64,000 nucleotides of DNA from Octopus sinensis (lineage: Eukaryota): the NCBI RefSeq assembly GCF_006345805.1, contig NC_043002.1, positions 58,528,001 to 58,592,000 of the forward strand, in the 5' to 3' direction. The notes under the pieces are model-generated. The model was not told the DNA's origin, made no database searches, and saw only the letters and a program-made list of their open reading frames with translations. The position numbers and the translations under genes were made by a program. Below are positions 13,002-27,503 of the stretch, piece by piece. Every line of letters begins with the position of its first letter. Position 1 is the stretch's first letter.

Positions 13002-14164
13002 ACAGACACGAACACACGCACACGCATACACCCGCAAACACACACACTTATAAAAGACGAGCTTCTTTCGGTTTCCATCTACCAAATTCATTCACAAGGC
13101 TTTGGTCGGCACAGGGTTATAATAGAAGACACTTGCCCAAGATGCCACGCTGTAGGACTGAACCCGGAACCATATGGTTGGGAAGCTAGCTTCTTATCAT
13201 ACAATCACGCCTGTGCCTATTACTGATTACTAATTCTTCCGAACCAAGTGTTGTCACTTTGGTCAAGGCCCTCTAAACCAAACAAATATCAAATCGCATT
13301 GATATGTCATTGACAAGAATCAAAAAAACTCGAAGCATGTCTGAGATTCCTAATAGATGGCGACACTGAACGAGCTGGTGTTTTCACACCTTCTACCAGC
13401 AGAGAGATTTTTTCTCTACGGTAAGTGCAGTGTATTTGCCTTTAGCATTTGAAATTTGTGACAAACATATTTCAACTAACCTAAATTGTGATTATACCTA
13501 AATACTGCTTTGCGCTAATGCAAAATTTACTTAAATAATTATATGAAATACAGGTATCTGTACATTTATACAAATTGTTAGAGGTTTTACATCATTAGTG
13601 TCCGGAAATTGTTGTATTTGACGTATTTTCATGGTTTTAACGAGTGTTGGTCCAAGTCTTGCCCGATCATGTCTGACATCACGTCGTACAAGATGGATTG
13701 ATGGGAAATGTGATGCACACAGTTTTTGTTATTCTAAACCCTAAGCCAACAGATTCTGCTATTTGCTTGCCTGTTGTGAACAAGGTTTTGCAATTGTCTT
13801 GTTTTGTTTTAGTTTTCTGAATCAGACTAGTTTTCATCGAAGTTTCCTTAAGCAGCGGCCATCATATTGATTCTTATGCAAAGTGAAAACAAGAAAAACA
13901 AAAGGAAATCGTAAAGAACTGTTTGCTAAATGACCGCAGTTGACAATCAACGAAATAATCCACACAAGTTTTACAAAAATATCGATATAGTTTCTTGTCT
14001 GTCTGCGGTTTCTGTCATGAAATGGCTCAATTAAGAAATAAGTGATTCGCCCCATACCGGGTAATAATTCCTTAATGTGTTAAGAGGAGATGATTTAGTT
14101 GTTCATTCAAACCCCTCAAACACACACACACACACACACACACACATTGCTATATTTCGGAATA

Positions 14165-14214
<50 letters not shown>

Positions 14215-14649
14215 CATTATTTTTGCTAAATAAACACGCGTACAATACATTTGCTCTTCACATTAGCTCTATTATTGTTCTTATTTTAGGAACCTTGGTC
14301 TGAAATCTTTACTTGGAAGAGGATGCGTGACGTTCAAACATATAATAATATGAATAATATATATATATATACTTACATCTATACGTATATATATATATAT
14401 ATACATCAGCTGTTGGCTGTTTTTCTAGTCTCGTAATGCGGGCATTTGGCAACAATACACCCTTTCGATAAAACAGCTGCTCCTGCAAAGCAAATTAAAT
14501 AAAATTTGGGATTTTGCGGAGAGTCAAAATAAGTAACACAAACAGGACAGTGAAAACAAACAGGAAGGGCTGCTAAGCCTAAACGTGGTTCTGGTGGCGA
14601 ACGCGTGAATCAAGCTAGGACAGCAGACAAAGAACACGTCTTCCTTAAA

Positions 14650-14817
14650 ACAGGAGTGGCTGTGTGGTAAGTAGCTTGCTTACCAACCACATGGTTTTGG
14701 GTTCAGATCCACGCAGTGGAACTTTGGGCAAGTGTCTTCTACTATAGCCTCGGGCCGACCAAAGCCTTGTGAGTGGATTTGGTAGACGGAAACTGAAAGA
14801 ATATATGTTTGTATATC

Positions 14818-14889
<72 letters not shown>

Positions 14890-15090
14890 GTGTGTGTGTG
14901 TTTGTCCACCCAACATCGCTTGACAACTGATACTGGTGTGTTTACGTCCCCATAACTTAGCGGTTCGGCAAAAGAGAACCATAGAATCAGTACTAGGCTT
15001 ACAAAGAATAAGTCCTAGAGTCGATTTGTTCGACTAAAGTCGGTGCTCCAGCATGGCCACAGTCAAATGACTGAAACAAGTAAAAGAGTA

Positions 15091-15128
<38 letters not shown>

Positions 15129-15378
15129 TGTGTGTGTGTGTGTGTGTGTGTTGTGTGTGTGTGTGTGTGTGTTGTGTGTGTGTGTGTGTTTGTCCACCCA
15201 ACATCGCTTGACAACTGATACTGGTGTGTTTACGTCCCCATAACTTAGCGGTTCGGCAAAAGAGAACCATAGAATCAGTACTAGGCTTACAAAGAATAAG
15301 TCCTAGAGTCGATTTGTTCGACTAAAGTCGGTGCTCCAGCATGGCCACAGTCAAATGACTGAAACAAGTAAAAGAGTA
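14650..15378 (+). mobile_element. SINE family B with its tail duplicated in tandem
   Basis: The head spans 14650-14800. Tail 14900-15090 is repeated identically at 15188-15378 (288-bp period). Confidence 0.9.
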
Positions 15379-16061
15379 ATATATATATATATATATATAA
15401 TAATATATATATACTCAACACTGTCTAGAATATTCTTGAAAATTCTGAAAAATTCTTATATTCCTAAAAATTTTAATTCAACACGCATTCTTTTCTTTTT
15501 TTTTTATCGATATAAAAGTATCATACATCTTTTATGATCAAAGGTTTCAACCACCGAAAACTAATTTCAATTCACTGCAAGACAGCGTTTCCTATGTATC
15601 ACGTCTCCATCCCATACGCTTTCATGGCGCTACTTTCTAAAAGCATAGCAGTAAAATCATTTCTCCAACTTAGAAGTTTATTCCAACGTCAACGAAACTG
15701 TGTCGACTCCAATAACCTTTCATATTTGTTGCGTGTTTTTGAAACAGAAAAGTGGTTTTAATTGACTTACATCAATTATATCAAATATAAAACGAGAGAG
15801 AAAGAGAGAGAGGGGAGAGAGAGAGAGAGAGAGTGGGGGAGAGAGAGGTGGGAGAGAGAGAGAGAGAGGGGTGGGGGCCTTATACCGAGAGTAGAAAAGA
15901 ATATTTTAGCAGAATATAAGTCGGGACTCAAAAAGGAAACTAGCAATAATGGAGAATGATCTAAAATAACTTGACTTTCATGAATGATCGAAAATAATAA
16001 GTAAATGCTTATCAACAGGTTATTATCATAGATAAGGTTATTATTATTATTCTTGTTGTTG

Positions 16062-16438
16062 TTACCTCGGCCTTAGCGAAAGCGGAGGTATTGTTTTCAG
16101 TCGCATTTGTTTGTTTGCCTGTTTGTCCGTGGACAAGATATCTCAAGGACCGCTGGATGAATTCGGATGAAACGTTCAGGGATGTTTGGCCTCGTGACTG
16201 GCACGAACTGATTAGATTTTGGGATCAATCCAGTACCGGACAAGGATTCTGGATTATTTTTCCGTTTTTTTTCTTACTTAATTTTTGAGAGCAGTCGGGT
16301 TCATTTTTAGTATTGTCGTTTGCGAGAGCAGTCGAGTTTATTTCAGATATTTTCATTTAAAAAATAATTTCTAGCTAATCGTTGAGAGGACGTTGGTGTT
16401 GCCTTGGCGGAAGTTTGCATTCTCTGAGTACTCTTGTT
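16062..16438 (+). mobile_element. Non-autonomous Helentron/DINE-1-like element (HINE)
   Basis: Features are a 5' TTACCTCGGCCTT-AGCG-AAAGCGGAGGT hairpin/subTIR, a (GTTT) microsatellite and an ATGAAAC core. The 3' end has CCTTGGCGGAAGT plus a short GCATTC-TCT-GAGTAC hairpin, with T-rich flanks. Confidence 0.7.
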
Positions 16439-16675
16439 GTTGTTGTTGTTGTTGTTGTTATTGATGTATCTGTTTTCATTTCTCTACATCCTCATTTAGT
16501 TAACTTTGTAGCTGATAGCCTTCCTCGAATTCGGACCTAGAATGCTTAAGTTTGAAAGTCAAAAAAAAAAAAAAAAAAAAAAAACACTAGCGTATATTAT
16601 CACTATATATTTGATAGTGCTGACCAGAGACAATTGGCACTATCAATTAATATTACTATATTTGGTAATATTGAC

Positions 16676-16889
16676 TTCAAATTTTGGCACAAGGCCAGCA
16701 AGTTCGAGGACAGGGGATAAGTCGAATTCATCGATCCCGGTGTTCAACCGGTACTTATTTTAACCGACCCTGGAAAGATGAAAGGTAAAGTGTAGCTCGG
16801 TGGAATTCGAACTGAAAATGTAAGGATGGACGTAATGCCACTAAACATTTTGCCCGGTGTGCTAACGATTTTGCCAGCTCGCCGCTTTG
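16676..16889 (-). mobile_element. SINE family A flanked by a 20-bp direct repeat
   Basis: CTATATTTGGTAATATTGAC occurs at 16656-16675 and 16890-16909. Confidence 0.8.
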
Positions 16890-17132
16890 CTATATTTGGT
16901 AATATTGACCAGAATTAATTTTGGTTATATCCCTAAAATCTGTTATAACACCTATTGACATTTTTTCTAGCTAATCATCTTTGACGTCTGCTTTTGATAG
17001 ACGTTGACAGGCAAAAATGAAACTTTACTTTTCATGCCGAAAGGTCTATGGTTTAGACGTTTTAGCGAAATCATTAAAACTCCGGAGTTCACCTCTCTAT
17101 GGGGAAATTTCTTATTGTAGCTAAAGGCTTTG

Positions 17133-17430
17133 AAGGCACATGTCTCAGTGGTCAGGGTGTTCGGCTGACGACCGTAAGGTTGTGAGTTCAGTTTCCGGTG
17201 GCATGTTGTGTCCCGTTTCTCTAGTCCCCTCAGATGGCAAAAATGAGTTGTACCTTTATTCCATAGGGTCAACCATGTTACATTCTGTATCACGCCGAAT
17301 CTCCCTGAGAACTACGTTAAGGGTACACGTATCTGTGGAGTACTCAGCCACTTACACGTTAATTTCACAAGCAAGCTGTTCCGTTGATCGATTGAACTGG
17401 AACCTCTCTGTTATAACCGACAGAGTACCA
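17133..17430 (+). mobile_element. SINE family D (tRNA-like head; tail ...GAGAACTACGTTAAGGGTACACG...GCTGTTCCGTTGATCG...TAACCGAC)
   Basis: Related copies lie at about 18760-18920(-), 31100-31290(-), 45490-45800(-) and 57560-57950(-). Confidence 0.8.
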
Positions 17431-17539
17431 GCTCAAGGCGTTGTGACTTTAGACTCACGCGTAGTGCGATATTTCTCGTTCTTCAATTTTATCTCAAAGT
17501 GAATTTTTTTTGTAACCGGAGGCTGTATCTTACATTTAC

Positions 17540-17800
17540 ATGAGACTCCCCAGCTTTCATCTTTTGGCAGTTTGACGGTCGATGCATATCGGCTGAATTT
17601 TGATGAGCTAAAGACAAGCCACACATTGCAAACTCACTGACCGAAGTAGCTGAGTTTTACATCTCGACAAAGGAGCCTTCTTTGAAGTATTCAAAATGCT
17701 TCACGTTTCTGCTATTCTGCCTGTAAGCAGTGCAGCGCTGTGATTGCAGTATTTTCAAGCTGTGAATTGCCAAAACTTATCTGCAGAATTCCATGATGGA
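17540..17800 (-). pseudogene. Possible highly decayed hAT transposase C-terminus
   Basis: Fragments across frameshifts (FWQF..KY, VWLVFSSSK/IQPICIDR, MKAGESH) loosely resemble the Charlie-type hAT C-terminus. The similarity is weak. Confidence 0.3.
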
Positions 17801-18457
17801 AAGCAGACTGGATATTTTAAGCACAGCGGCTATGACTGACTGACTGGCTGACTGGCTGACTGGCACTCCGTCGGGGGTTTGTGTAGCTATCAGACAATAT
17901 CTGCATAGAAGTTTTGATTTGATAGATATCGTGTAAAAATTTTCACAAATGCTCTTAATGTATCTCAAAGAAAAAAACTTTGTTATCAATTATTTTTAAA
18001 GAAAACAATTGAACAGAAGCAGTAGAGAGCCAGAACGAAAGAGAGAAATTGTTTTGCGATGAATAAAGATATTTTAATGAAAATAATTGAATAGAACGGT
18101 CGAGAACGAGCAAATGAAAAAGAGACTTAAGTCGCGATGAATAAAAACTAGCTTTATGGTTGAGGTGTGTACTTGAATGTTCACGAAAAAAGACAGCAGA
18201 AAAACCTCATTTAGATTTTATATATACATATATAATAAATAAATAAATAAATAAAACTTAGAAGAAACATGAACAAACAACAACACGAAAACGTGGTACA
18301 TGTGAAGTATTAGCAGACGGTCAGGGAAGGAAAGAAAGATGGTTTTACATTTCGAGCAAAGATCTTATTCAGAAACAGGTGACAAAGGAAAGTCCAATAG
18401 AGAAGGAAGACGAGGAAAAAATCGCCAACGACTCACATGTGGCTACATGTATATACG

Positions 18458-18539
<82 letters not shown>

Positions 18540-19036
18540 ATATATAGATAGATAGATAGATATCACAATTATTACAATTGGAATATATAAGTATTTTCTA
18601 CACATTTTAAGGTTTAATAACTGTTTTCTTTTAGTAAAATTTACATAATTCCAATGAGCAGCTGTTTTTATTATAGTATTTGTTGTTGTTGTTGTTGTTG
18701 TTTTCTTCTTCTTCTTCTTCTTATTATTATTATTATTAGCATTATTGGGATAAGGCTGACAATTTGAAATACAGGTACTACTCATTTTTGCCAGCTGAGT
18801 GGGCTGGAGTAACGTGAAATAAAGTGTCTTGCACAAAGACACAACGCGCGCTGGGAAGTGAACTCACGACCTTATGACCATGAGCCAAATACCCTAACCA
18901 TTGATACACATGCCTTCAAAGCCTTGATTTCGCAAAAACTTCTAAACCATAGACCTTCTCTTTTTGTCTGTCAACGCCTATCAAAAGCAGACGTCAAAGA
19001 TGATTGGCTGGGAAAAATGTCAACAGGTGGTATAAT

Positions 19037-19425
19037 GGAATGGAAGCACTCTGTCGGTTACGACGACGAGGGTTCCGGTTGATCCGAATCAACGGAACAG
19101 CCTGCTTGTGAAATTAACGTGTAAGTGGCTGAGCACTCCACAGACACGTGTACCCTTAACGTAGTTCTCGGGGATATTCAGCGTGACACAGAGAGTGACA
19201 AGGCCGGCCCCTTGAAATACAGGTACAACAGAAACAGGAAGTAAGAGTGAGAGAAAGTTGTGGTGAAAGAGTACAGCAGGGATCACCACCATCCCCTGCC
19301 GGAGCCTCGTGGAGCTTTAGGTGTTTTCGCTCAATAAACACTCACAACGCCCGGTCTGGGAATCGAAACCGCGATCCTATGACCGCGAGTCTGCTGCCCT
19401 AACCACTGGGCCATTGCGCCTCCAC
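19037..19425 (-). mobile_element. Full-length SINE (family C head + family D tail) with target-site duplication
   Basis: The head reads GTGGAGGCGCAATGGCCCAGTGGTTAGGGCAGCAGACTCGCGGTCATAGGATCGCGGTTTCGATTCCCAG. The direct repeat ACAGGTGGTATAAT is at 19023-19036 and 19424-19437. Confidence 0.92.
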
Positions 19426-19669
19426 AGGTGGTATAATAGATTTTAGAGATAACCAAAATTAATTCTGGTCAATATTATAAAATATAGCAAGGCGGCGAGC
19501 TGACCTGAGTTCGAATTCCGCCGAGGTCGACTTTGCCTGTCATCATTTCGGGTTCGATAAAATAAGTACCAGTTATACACTGGGGTCGATGTATTCGACT
19601 CATCTCCTCCCACCAAAATTGTTGCCCTTGTCAAAAAATTTGAAACCATTATTATTATTATTATCATTA

Positions 19670-20326
<657 letters not shown>

Positions 20327-20563
20327 TCGCCAGGTTCAGAGAAATTGACGGGTTTTGCGGGATGCGACTCTCTCGTATTTACCTAAATTAGGGTGGATAC
20401 ACAGAATGAGACAGAGTAAGGCAGAAACAGGCTGAGAGTGACAAAAGAGTCCAGGTGAGCCGGTTGCATGTTTATATCTGGAGGAGAGTCAAGGCATCAC
20501 CCATGAATCGCATAGAAACATTCGAAGAAGTCAATCAACGGCTAAGATTGAATAACTTCTTAA

Positions 20564-20975
20564 TGCGGCTGTGTGGTAAGAAGCTTACTTCCCAACCACA
20601 CGGTTGTGGTTTCAGTCCCACTACGTGGCACCTTGGGCAAGTGTCTTCTTCTGTAGCCTCGGGTCGTCCAAAGCCTTGTGAGCGGATTCAGTAGATGGAA
20701 ATCGAAAGAATCCTGTTGTTTATATGTGCGTGCCTGTATGTGTGCGCGCGTGTGTGTGTGCATGTGTGTGTCGGTGTTTGTTCCTCATCATCGTTTGACA
20801 TCCAGTGTTGGTGCATTTACGTCCTCGTAACTTAGCGGTTCGGCAAAAGAGAGCGATAGAATAAGTATCATGCTTAAAAGAAATAAATACTGATGACGAT
20901 ACATTCGACTAAAGAAAAATTCTTCAAGGCGGTACCCCAGCATGGTCGCAATCCAGTGACTGAGACACGTAAAAG
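20564..20975 (+). mobile_element. SINE family B
   Basis: Head, (TG)-rich centre and tail as in 11272-12085. Confidence 0.85.
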
Positions 20976-22170
20976 ACCAAACTTCTTTTTATTGGTTATT
21001 TGCCAACTGATTAACCATGTAACCCGTTAACTAATCGATTGTTTGATTACTTGTCCGGTCAATCAATCACTCAGCTAGTCTTATCAAACTTCTTTCATCA
21101 CCGTTCGCGTCCTTATCAGTGACAGACCCTTTCTACTCCAGGTCTACTTTAAGTCTGTCTGTTTGTCTCTTAGTTTGCAGGTTCTGTTTATATCGTTTTA
21201 TGGATGTGAGGTGAGAATGTTTGTAAGATCAGGAGAGAGAGAGAGAGAGAGTGTGTTGTGCGTAGGTGGGATTGGACGTTCGTGCATGTTTGTACTGTCG
21301 TATGTGTGCGTGTATGTAAACTTCCTTTTCTTTTTCTGTTTTTATTCATTGTCCTTGTTTTTTTTTCTTTTTGCGAGACCTCAAAGTTTAAATATCAATA
21401 GTCAATGCTATAACAAAATGGCGGTGATGATAATCAAACTAGCGAAATGAGTAACTGAAGTTCTCACTCAGCCTGTTGCTTACAAACACAATGGTTTCTG
21501 CACTTGTATTGTTGAGATGTATAACCAATGAATTGAATCACCGAACCGGTTTCAATGACCCGGTTCTAGTCATTTTACTTCATATTGTTAACGTCCCCGT
21601 TAAAGAACTTGAATAGCAAAACACCGCCGTAGGCTATCGACCACCTTTTTTTTCGTCGAACAAATCGACCCCAGAACTTACTCTTTGTAAGACTAGCACT
21701 TATTCTATCGGTCTCTTTTGTCGAACCGCTACGTTACGGGGACGTAGCACACCAGCATTGTAAGAAAGTTAAGTAGTGTCTCGAGACCTAGGACTCTTAG
21801 AACTGGTGACCCTCTTTCCATGGCGTGTAGGCGTCTGAGATCAGAACATTCCCCCTGAATGGGATGGAATTTTGTGTGTGTGTGTGTGCATTGGTGCAGG
21901 AACAAAACTGAAACTAATGGTCGTTCGGATCTATCCATTTGTTTGGTGATTTCCAGAAAAATTTCTTATTTCTGTAATTTATTTTTAAGTTTTCATAGTG
22001 ACACGGTCGCTAACTCACACGCATGCGCGCGCACGCATACACACACACATACGTTCATCCATTGTCTTTCGCGTCCACGAACGAGATGAACAGAGAAACA
22101 GCCATTCACATGCACACACATCTTTTTTATTGTTTTCCCGAATCCTTTATGTTTATGCACTTTGTGTGTA

Positions 22171-23058
22171 CAGTAATCCCTTGCCATGTCGCGATTCACC
22201 TTTCGCGCCCTCAGTACATCGTGGATTTTTCTGGCTAATAAATGTAAATTTATATCGCGGACTCCTCAGTATATCGCGGGTTTCTGCGGTCGATAGGTAT
22301 TTGTTTATTTATAGATTTTAATTATTTCTGTGGTAAAATAAGCATTTTCACGCCTAAACATTAATAAATTAATAAATAAAAATACAATACAGTACTGCAC
22401 TGTGTAACACATTAATTAAAATATATTAAAAGGAAATGGGTAGCGTACCGTAGATGACTAAATAGAGAATCGCATATACAGTATGGAAAACGAAACTCGG
22501 GAGGTGTGTATGTGGTGTTGTTTTACATTTATAATAAAATATACATATACAAATTATAAGAATAATTAAAAAAATATACAGTACAGTACTTCACTGTAGA
22601 ACACATTAATTAAAATATATTAAAAGTAAATGCGTAATGTACCGTAGATGAGTAAACAGAGAATCGCACATTCTGTATAGAAAACGGAACTTGGGAGGCG
22701 AGTGTGTGGTGTTGTTTTGCCTCTGTGTGTAAAATTGTGAATTTATTTCAAGCCCTACGATGTCGCCCAAACGTTCTGGACCTTCTAAGGCTTCTGGCAG
22801 TGAATCCAAGCGCCAGAGGAAGATGCTTACTATAACAGAGAGGAGACTCCTCGACATGCTTAATAAAGGGATACGGTATGGGGATGTAGGCCGCCAAAAA
22901 CACTTCAGAGAATAGTGGAACACTAGGAACCCCTGATGATTCGTGCGTTGCATTTCAGAAATGCAATTGACGAAGCCATGTAAGTTTATAAAACCCTCCT
23001 CACACAGACGAAAAGACGGTGCCTGCAGCTGCCCATCACTATGTTCCTCATCCGCAGT
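22171..23058 (+). mobile_element. Internally deleted Tigger/pogo element
   Basis: The left end is TA|CAGTAATCCC. ATG 22760 gives MSPKRSGPSKASGSESKRQRKMLTITERRLLDMLNKG (Tigger-like N-terminus), fused to a C-terminal remnant ...IRALHFRNAIDEAM*VYKTLL...LQLPITMF. An internal ~143-bp direct repeat is at 22382-22524 / 22576-22718. The right TIR was not found. Confidence 0.8.
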
Positions 23059-23064
23059 CTAGAT

Positions 23065-23355
23065 CAACACCAGTACGCAACTGGTACTTAATTTATCGAC
23101 CCCGAAAGGATGAAAGGTAAAGTCGACCTCGGTGGAATTTGAACTCAGAACGTAAAGACAGACGAAATACCTATTTCTTTACTACCCACAAGGGGCTAAA
23201 CACAGAGAGGACAAACGGATTAAGTCGATTATATCGACCCCAGTGCGTAACTGGTACTTATTTAATCGACCCCGAAAGGATGAAAGGCAAAGTCGACCTC
23301 GGCGGAATTTGAACTCAGAACGTAACGGCAGACGAAATACTGCTAAGCATTTCGC
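23065..23355 (-). mobile_element. SINE family A, dimeric form, truncated
   Basis: Two successive CCCGAAAGGATGAAAGG.AAAGTCGACCTCGG.GGAATTTGAACTCAGAACG cores. Confidence 0.88.
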
Positions 23356-23375
23356 CTGATCACGAATAAATCGTG

Positions 23376-23515
<140 letters not shown>

Positions 23516-24743
23516 TAAAGCACGATTTATTCGTCATCAGAAGCATTCGTAAACCGAGGTGCTCCTGTACTTTGAAGCCACTGTGTATAAGTGTATATCT
23601 CTGTGTCTGTGTCCTCCCATCACTCCTGGCAACCGATGTTGGTATGTTTACGTCCCCGTAACTTAGCAGTTCGGCAAAAGAAAACCGATAGCATTCTTTT
23701 ACTTGTTTCAGTCATTTGATTGCGGCCATGCTAGAGCACCGCCTTTTTTTTTTCGTCGAACAAATCGACCCCAGAACTTACTCTTTGTAAGACTAGTACT
23801 TATTCTATCGGTCTCTTTTGTCGAACCGCTACGTTACAGGGACGTAGACACACCAGTATTGTAAGAAAGTTAAGTTGTATCTCGAGACCTAGGACTCTCA
23901 GAACTGGTGACCCTCTATCTGTGTAGGCCTCTGAGATCAGAACATTCTCTGTGAATGGGATGAAATTTTGTGTTTGTATGTGTGTGTGTGTGTGGTGTGT
24001 GAGTGCATTGGTGCAGGAACAAAATTTGCTTAAGGGACGCAAACCCAGATTTAGGAGGACGTTCAAAGCCTCTTGATTGACCCCGACAAAGTTTTAGGGA
24101 CTGCGCTTGCACGCCTGCTCGCCATATTCCTGTGTGCGTGTGTGTGTGTACGTCCATGTTTGTTTATATTTGTTCCCAATACCATCATTTGAAAACCGAT
24201 GTTGGTTTGTTTACGTCCCCGTAACCTAGCGGTTTGGCAGAAGGTTACAGTAGAATACTGAGGTCAATTTGCTCGAGTAAGCTCTTCAAGGCAGCACTCC
24301 CACTTGGTCGCACTCCAATGACTACGACACTCCAATGACTAAGACAAGAAAGGGAAAATAGATGTGCTTGTCTCCCTGCCGCACGACAAACGGTGTTGGT
24401 TTGCTTACGTCCCTGTGATTTAAATACTCTGCAAAAGAGCCAGATGGAATAAGTACTAGAGAGAGAGGGGGAGGACGGGAGAAAGAGAGAGAAAGGCAGA
24501 GAGGGACAAGGAGAGACAGATACAGAGAGAAGGAGAGAGAGAGAGAGGGAGAGAGGAAGAGAGAGAGTGAGAGAGTGAGAGAGAGACGTTCGGAAGTAGA
24601 GGAAGATGAAATAGAGACAGGCAAAGAGGGAGAGACAGACAGACAAACATAGACATAGATGGATAGTTAGAAAGAGAGAGACATTCACAGAGACGGACGA
24701 GGGGAGAAGGTGATGAAATAGAGACAAGCAAAGAGGGAGAGGC

Positions 24744-24784
<41 letters not shown>

Positions 24785-24817
24785 AAGACTGACAGACATA
24801 GACACAGATGGATAGTT

Positions 24818-24862
<45 letters not shown>

Positions 24863-25374
24863 CAGAAAGACAAGAGAGATAGATAAAGGGAGAAAGAAAG
24901 AAAGAAGACAGACAAACAGACAGATAGGTAGATAGATAAAGAGAGAGAGAGGGGGAAGGAAAGAAGGTGTTGTTGACATTGTTCTTTGGAAATAATGGAG
25001 ATTGTCGGTATGAATTTGCCGTAATGATGATTCCATTATCATTTGCGTCGACATAACTCACTGTGTATGGATTATTATTACATAACAGAGCGGCGAAGAA
25101 CAATAGGAGCGGCGGGAATTGTTCACGTTTGGTTTTCAAGAATAAAATGAAAAAAAAAAACATGTATACGCATGCGCATACCAAGCATCTTCTCTCTCTC
25201 TTTCTCGCGCTCTCCTTCTCACTCTCTGTCTCTCTTACTCTCTCATGCGCGCACGCGGTCATACACGCACAAATTACAAAATATGCGCTCATAAACACAC
25301 ACGCGCACACGAACACAACTTGACAAATATGCGTTCAATTATATACACATATTCTTTCTCCGCTACACAGACAT

Positions 25375-25409
25375 AAACACATACATACATACATGTACAT
25401 ACACATATG

Positions 25410-25457
<48 letters not shown>

Positions 25458-25520
25458 TGTATGTATGTATGTATGTATGTATGTATGTATGTATGTATGT
25501 ATATGCATATGTATATATGC

Positions 25521-25563
<43 letters not shown>

Positions 25564-25588
25564 CATACATACATACATATATACATAC

Positions 25589-25619
<31 letters not shown>

Positions 25620-25781
25620 CACACATACATATAATGATGTATCTATTTTGTAAAAGTGTATATAGAGCTCTATATACACATTTACAATATGAATACACCA
25701 TTCAAAATTACTACATATACATATATACATATATATATATATATACGTGTGTGTATGTATGCATGTATATGTATATATATA

Positions 25782-25834
<53 letters not shown>

Positions 25835-26180
25835 TGTGTGTGTGTGTGTGTGTGTGCGCGTGTGTGTGTTTATGCAAGCATGTATGTATCTATGTATGTG
25901 TGTATTTATGTGTATCTGTGTATGCATGCAAGCATGTATGTGAGTGCATGGATGCATGTATGTATGTGTGTGTTTATGCATGTATGTATGTATAATGTAT
26001 GTATGTATGCATGTATGTATGTATGTATGCATGTATGTATGTATGTATGTATGTATATATGTATTTATATATGTATGTATGTATGTGTGTGTATACAGAG
26101 ATGAATTAAGAATTATATTCTGAACAATAAAATTCTTTATCCCTTTCTCATACCGAATATTGGAATAATCGCACACGCAT

Positions 26181-26253
<73 letters not shown>

Positions 26254-26260
26254 TACACAC
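25375..26260. repeat. Compound microsatellite block (TA, TATG, CA, TG)
   Basis: Contiguous (TATG)n, (TA)n, (CATA)n, (TG)n and (CA)n arrays, which generate many spurious ORFs. Similar blocks occur near 2900-3130, 26700-27130, 29810-29960, 33110-33310, 50900-51070 and 54640-55290. Confidence 0.95.
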
Positions 26261-26588
26261 AAATACACACACACACGCATACATTCTTTCATACTCACAC
26301 ATACACATGCAAGAAATATGGAAAAAAAAAGAGAAAAAGTATATTGTAAAACAACAAAATAAACTCAATAAAAGGAAGAATTCCACACAATAACGTCGAA
26401 ATAGTTCTATGAAGAGATGCGAAAGATTGCAAAGAATTTGCGAAGTTGTTTTGACAGAGGAAGACTTTCCTCTCGCTGTTTGGAAACGAGTGAGAGACGG
26501 AGGAACAGGGTGAGTGAGTGAGAGAGAGAGAGAGAATGGGAAGCGGTGATAGGGAAGAAGAGAGGAGGAGGAAAAGAGGAAGAGAGTT

Positions 26589-26624
<36 letters not shown>

Positions 26625-26727
26625 AAAGTTGGGAATTAAGAGATGGAGTTCATACACACATATATAATATAATATACACAAATACATGTGCATGTATGCA
26701 TATATATGCATGTGCATATATACATAC

Positions 26728-26774
<47 letters not shown>

Positions 26775-26875
26775 TATATACACGCATGGATAGGCACACA
26801 TACTTGTCATAACTAATACATATCTACCTTATCTTTCTCTCTCTATCCCTCTCTGTCTTTCTTTCTCATCCACCC

Positions 26876-26960
<85 letters not shown>

Positions 26961-26986
26961 CATCTATCTATCTGTCTATCTGTCTA

Positions 26987-27019
<33 letters not shown>

Positions 27020-27055
27020 TATATATATATACATATATATATATATATACATACA

Positions 27056-27091
<36 letters not shown>

Positions 27092-27458
27092 TACATACAT
27101 ACATATACATATATATATATATATATTATATATACTTGTACTTCTGTAAATTAGTGTGTGGGGGGAAGGGGTGCATTATTCACACACGGGCACACACACA
27201 CGTGTGTGTGTTAAAGAACTAGGAAGATATGTCGGAAAAATGATTAGAACCTGAGTTTTAGGCAAAATAAAGAACAGATACTGGTGGTGGTGGTGGTGGT
27301 GGTGCCGGCGACGGCGGTGGTAGTGGTGGAAGGATCAGAGAGAAAGGATGAAGAAAATAACGTAGGGAGGAGGGAATGTTATGGTTAGGGTGTGAGTGAA
27401 GGGAAGTACGTGGGTAGAGTGGGTGGTGGAAAGAGGTGATGGTGGTGGTTGTGGTGGC

Positions 27459-27503
<45 letters not shown>

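Noticed and set aside
19355-19425. tRNA-like cloverleaf (also near 49325-49389 and 53400-53472)
   Set aside because: These are SINE heads that continue into SINE bodies and lack a proper acceptor stem.
26380-26520. Plus-strand donor-like CAGG|GTGAGT after a unique island
   Set aside because: It is embedded in (GAGT)/(GA) repeats with no supporting exon or homology.
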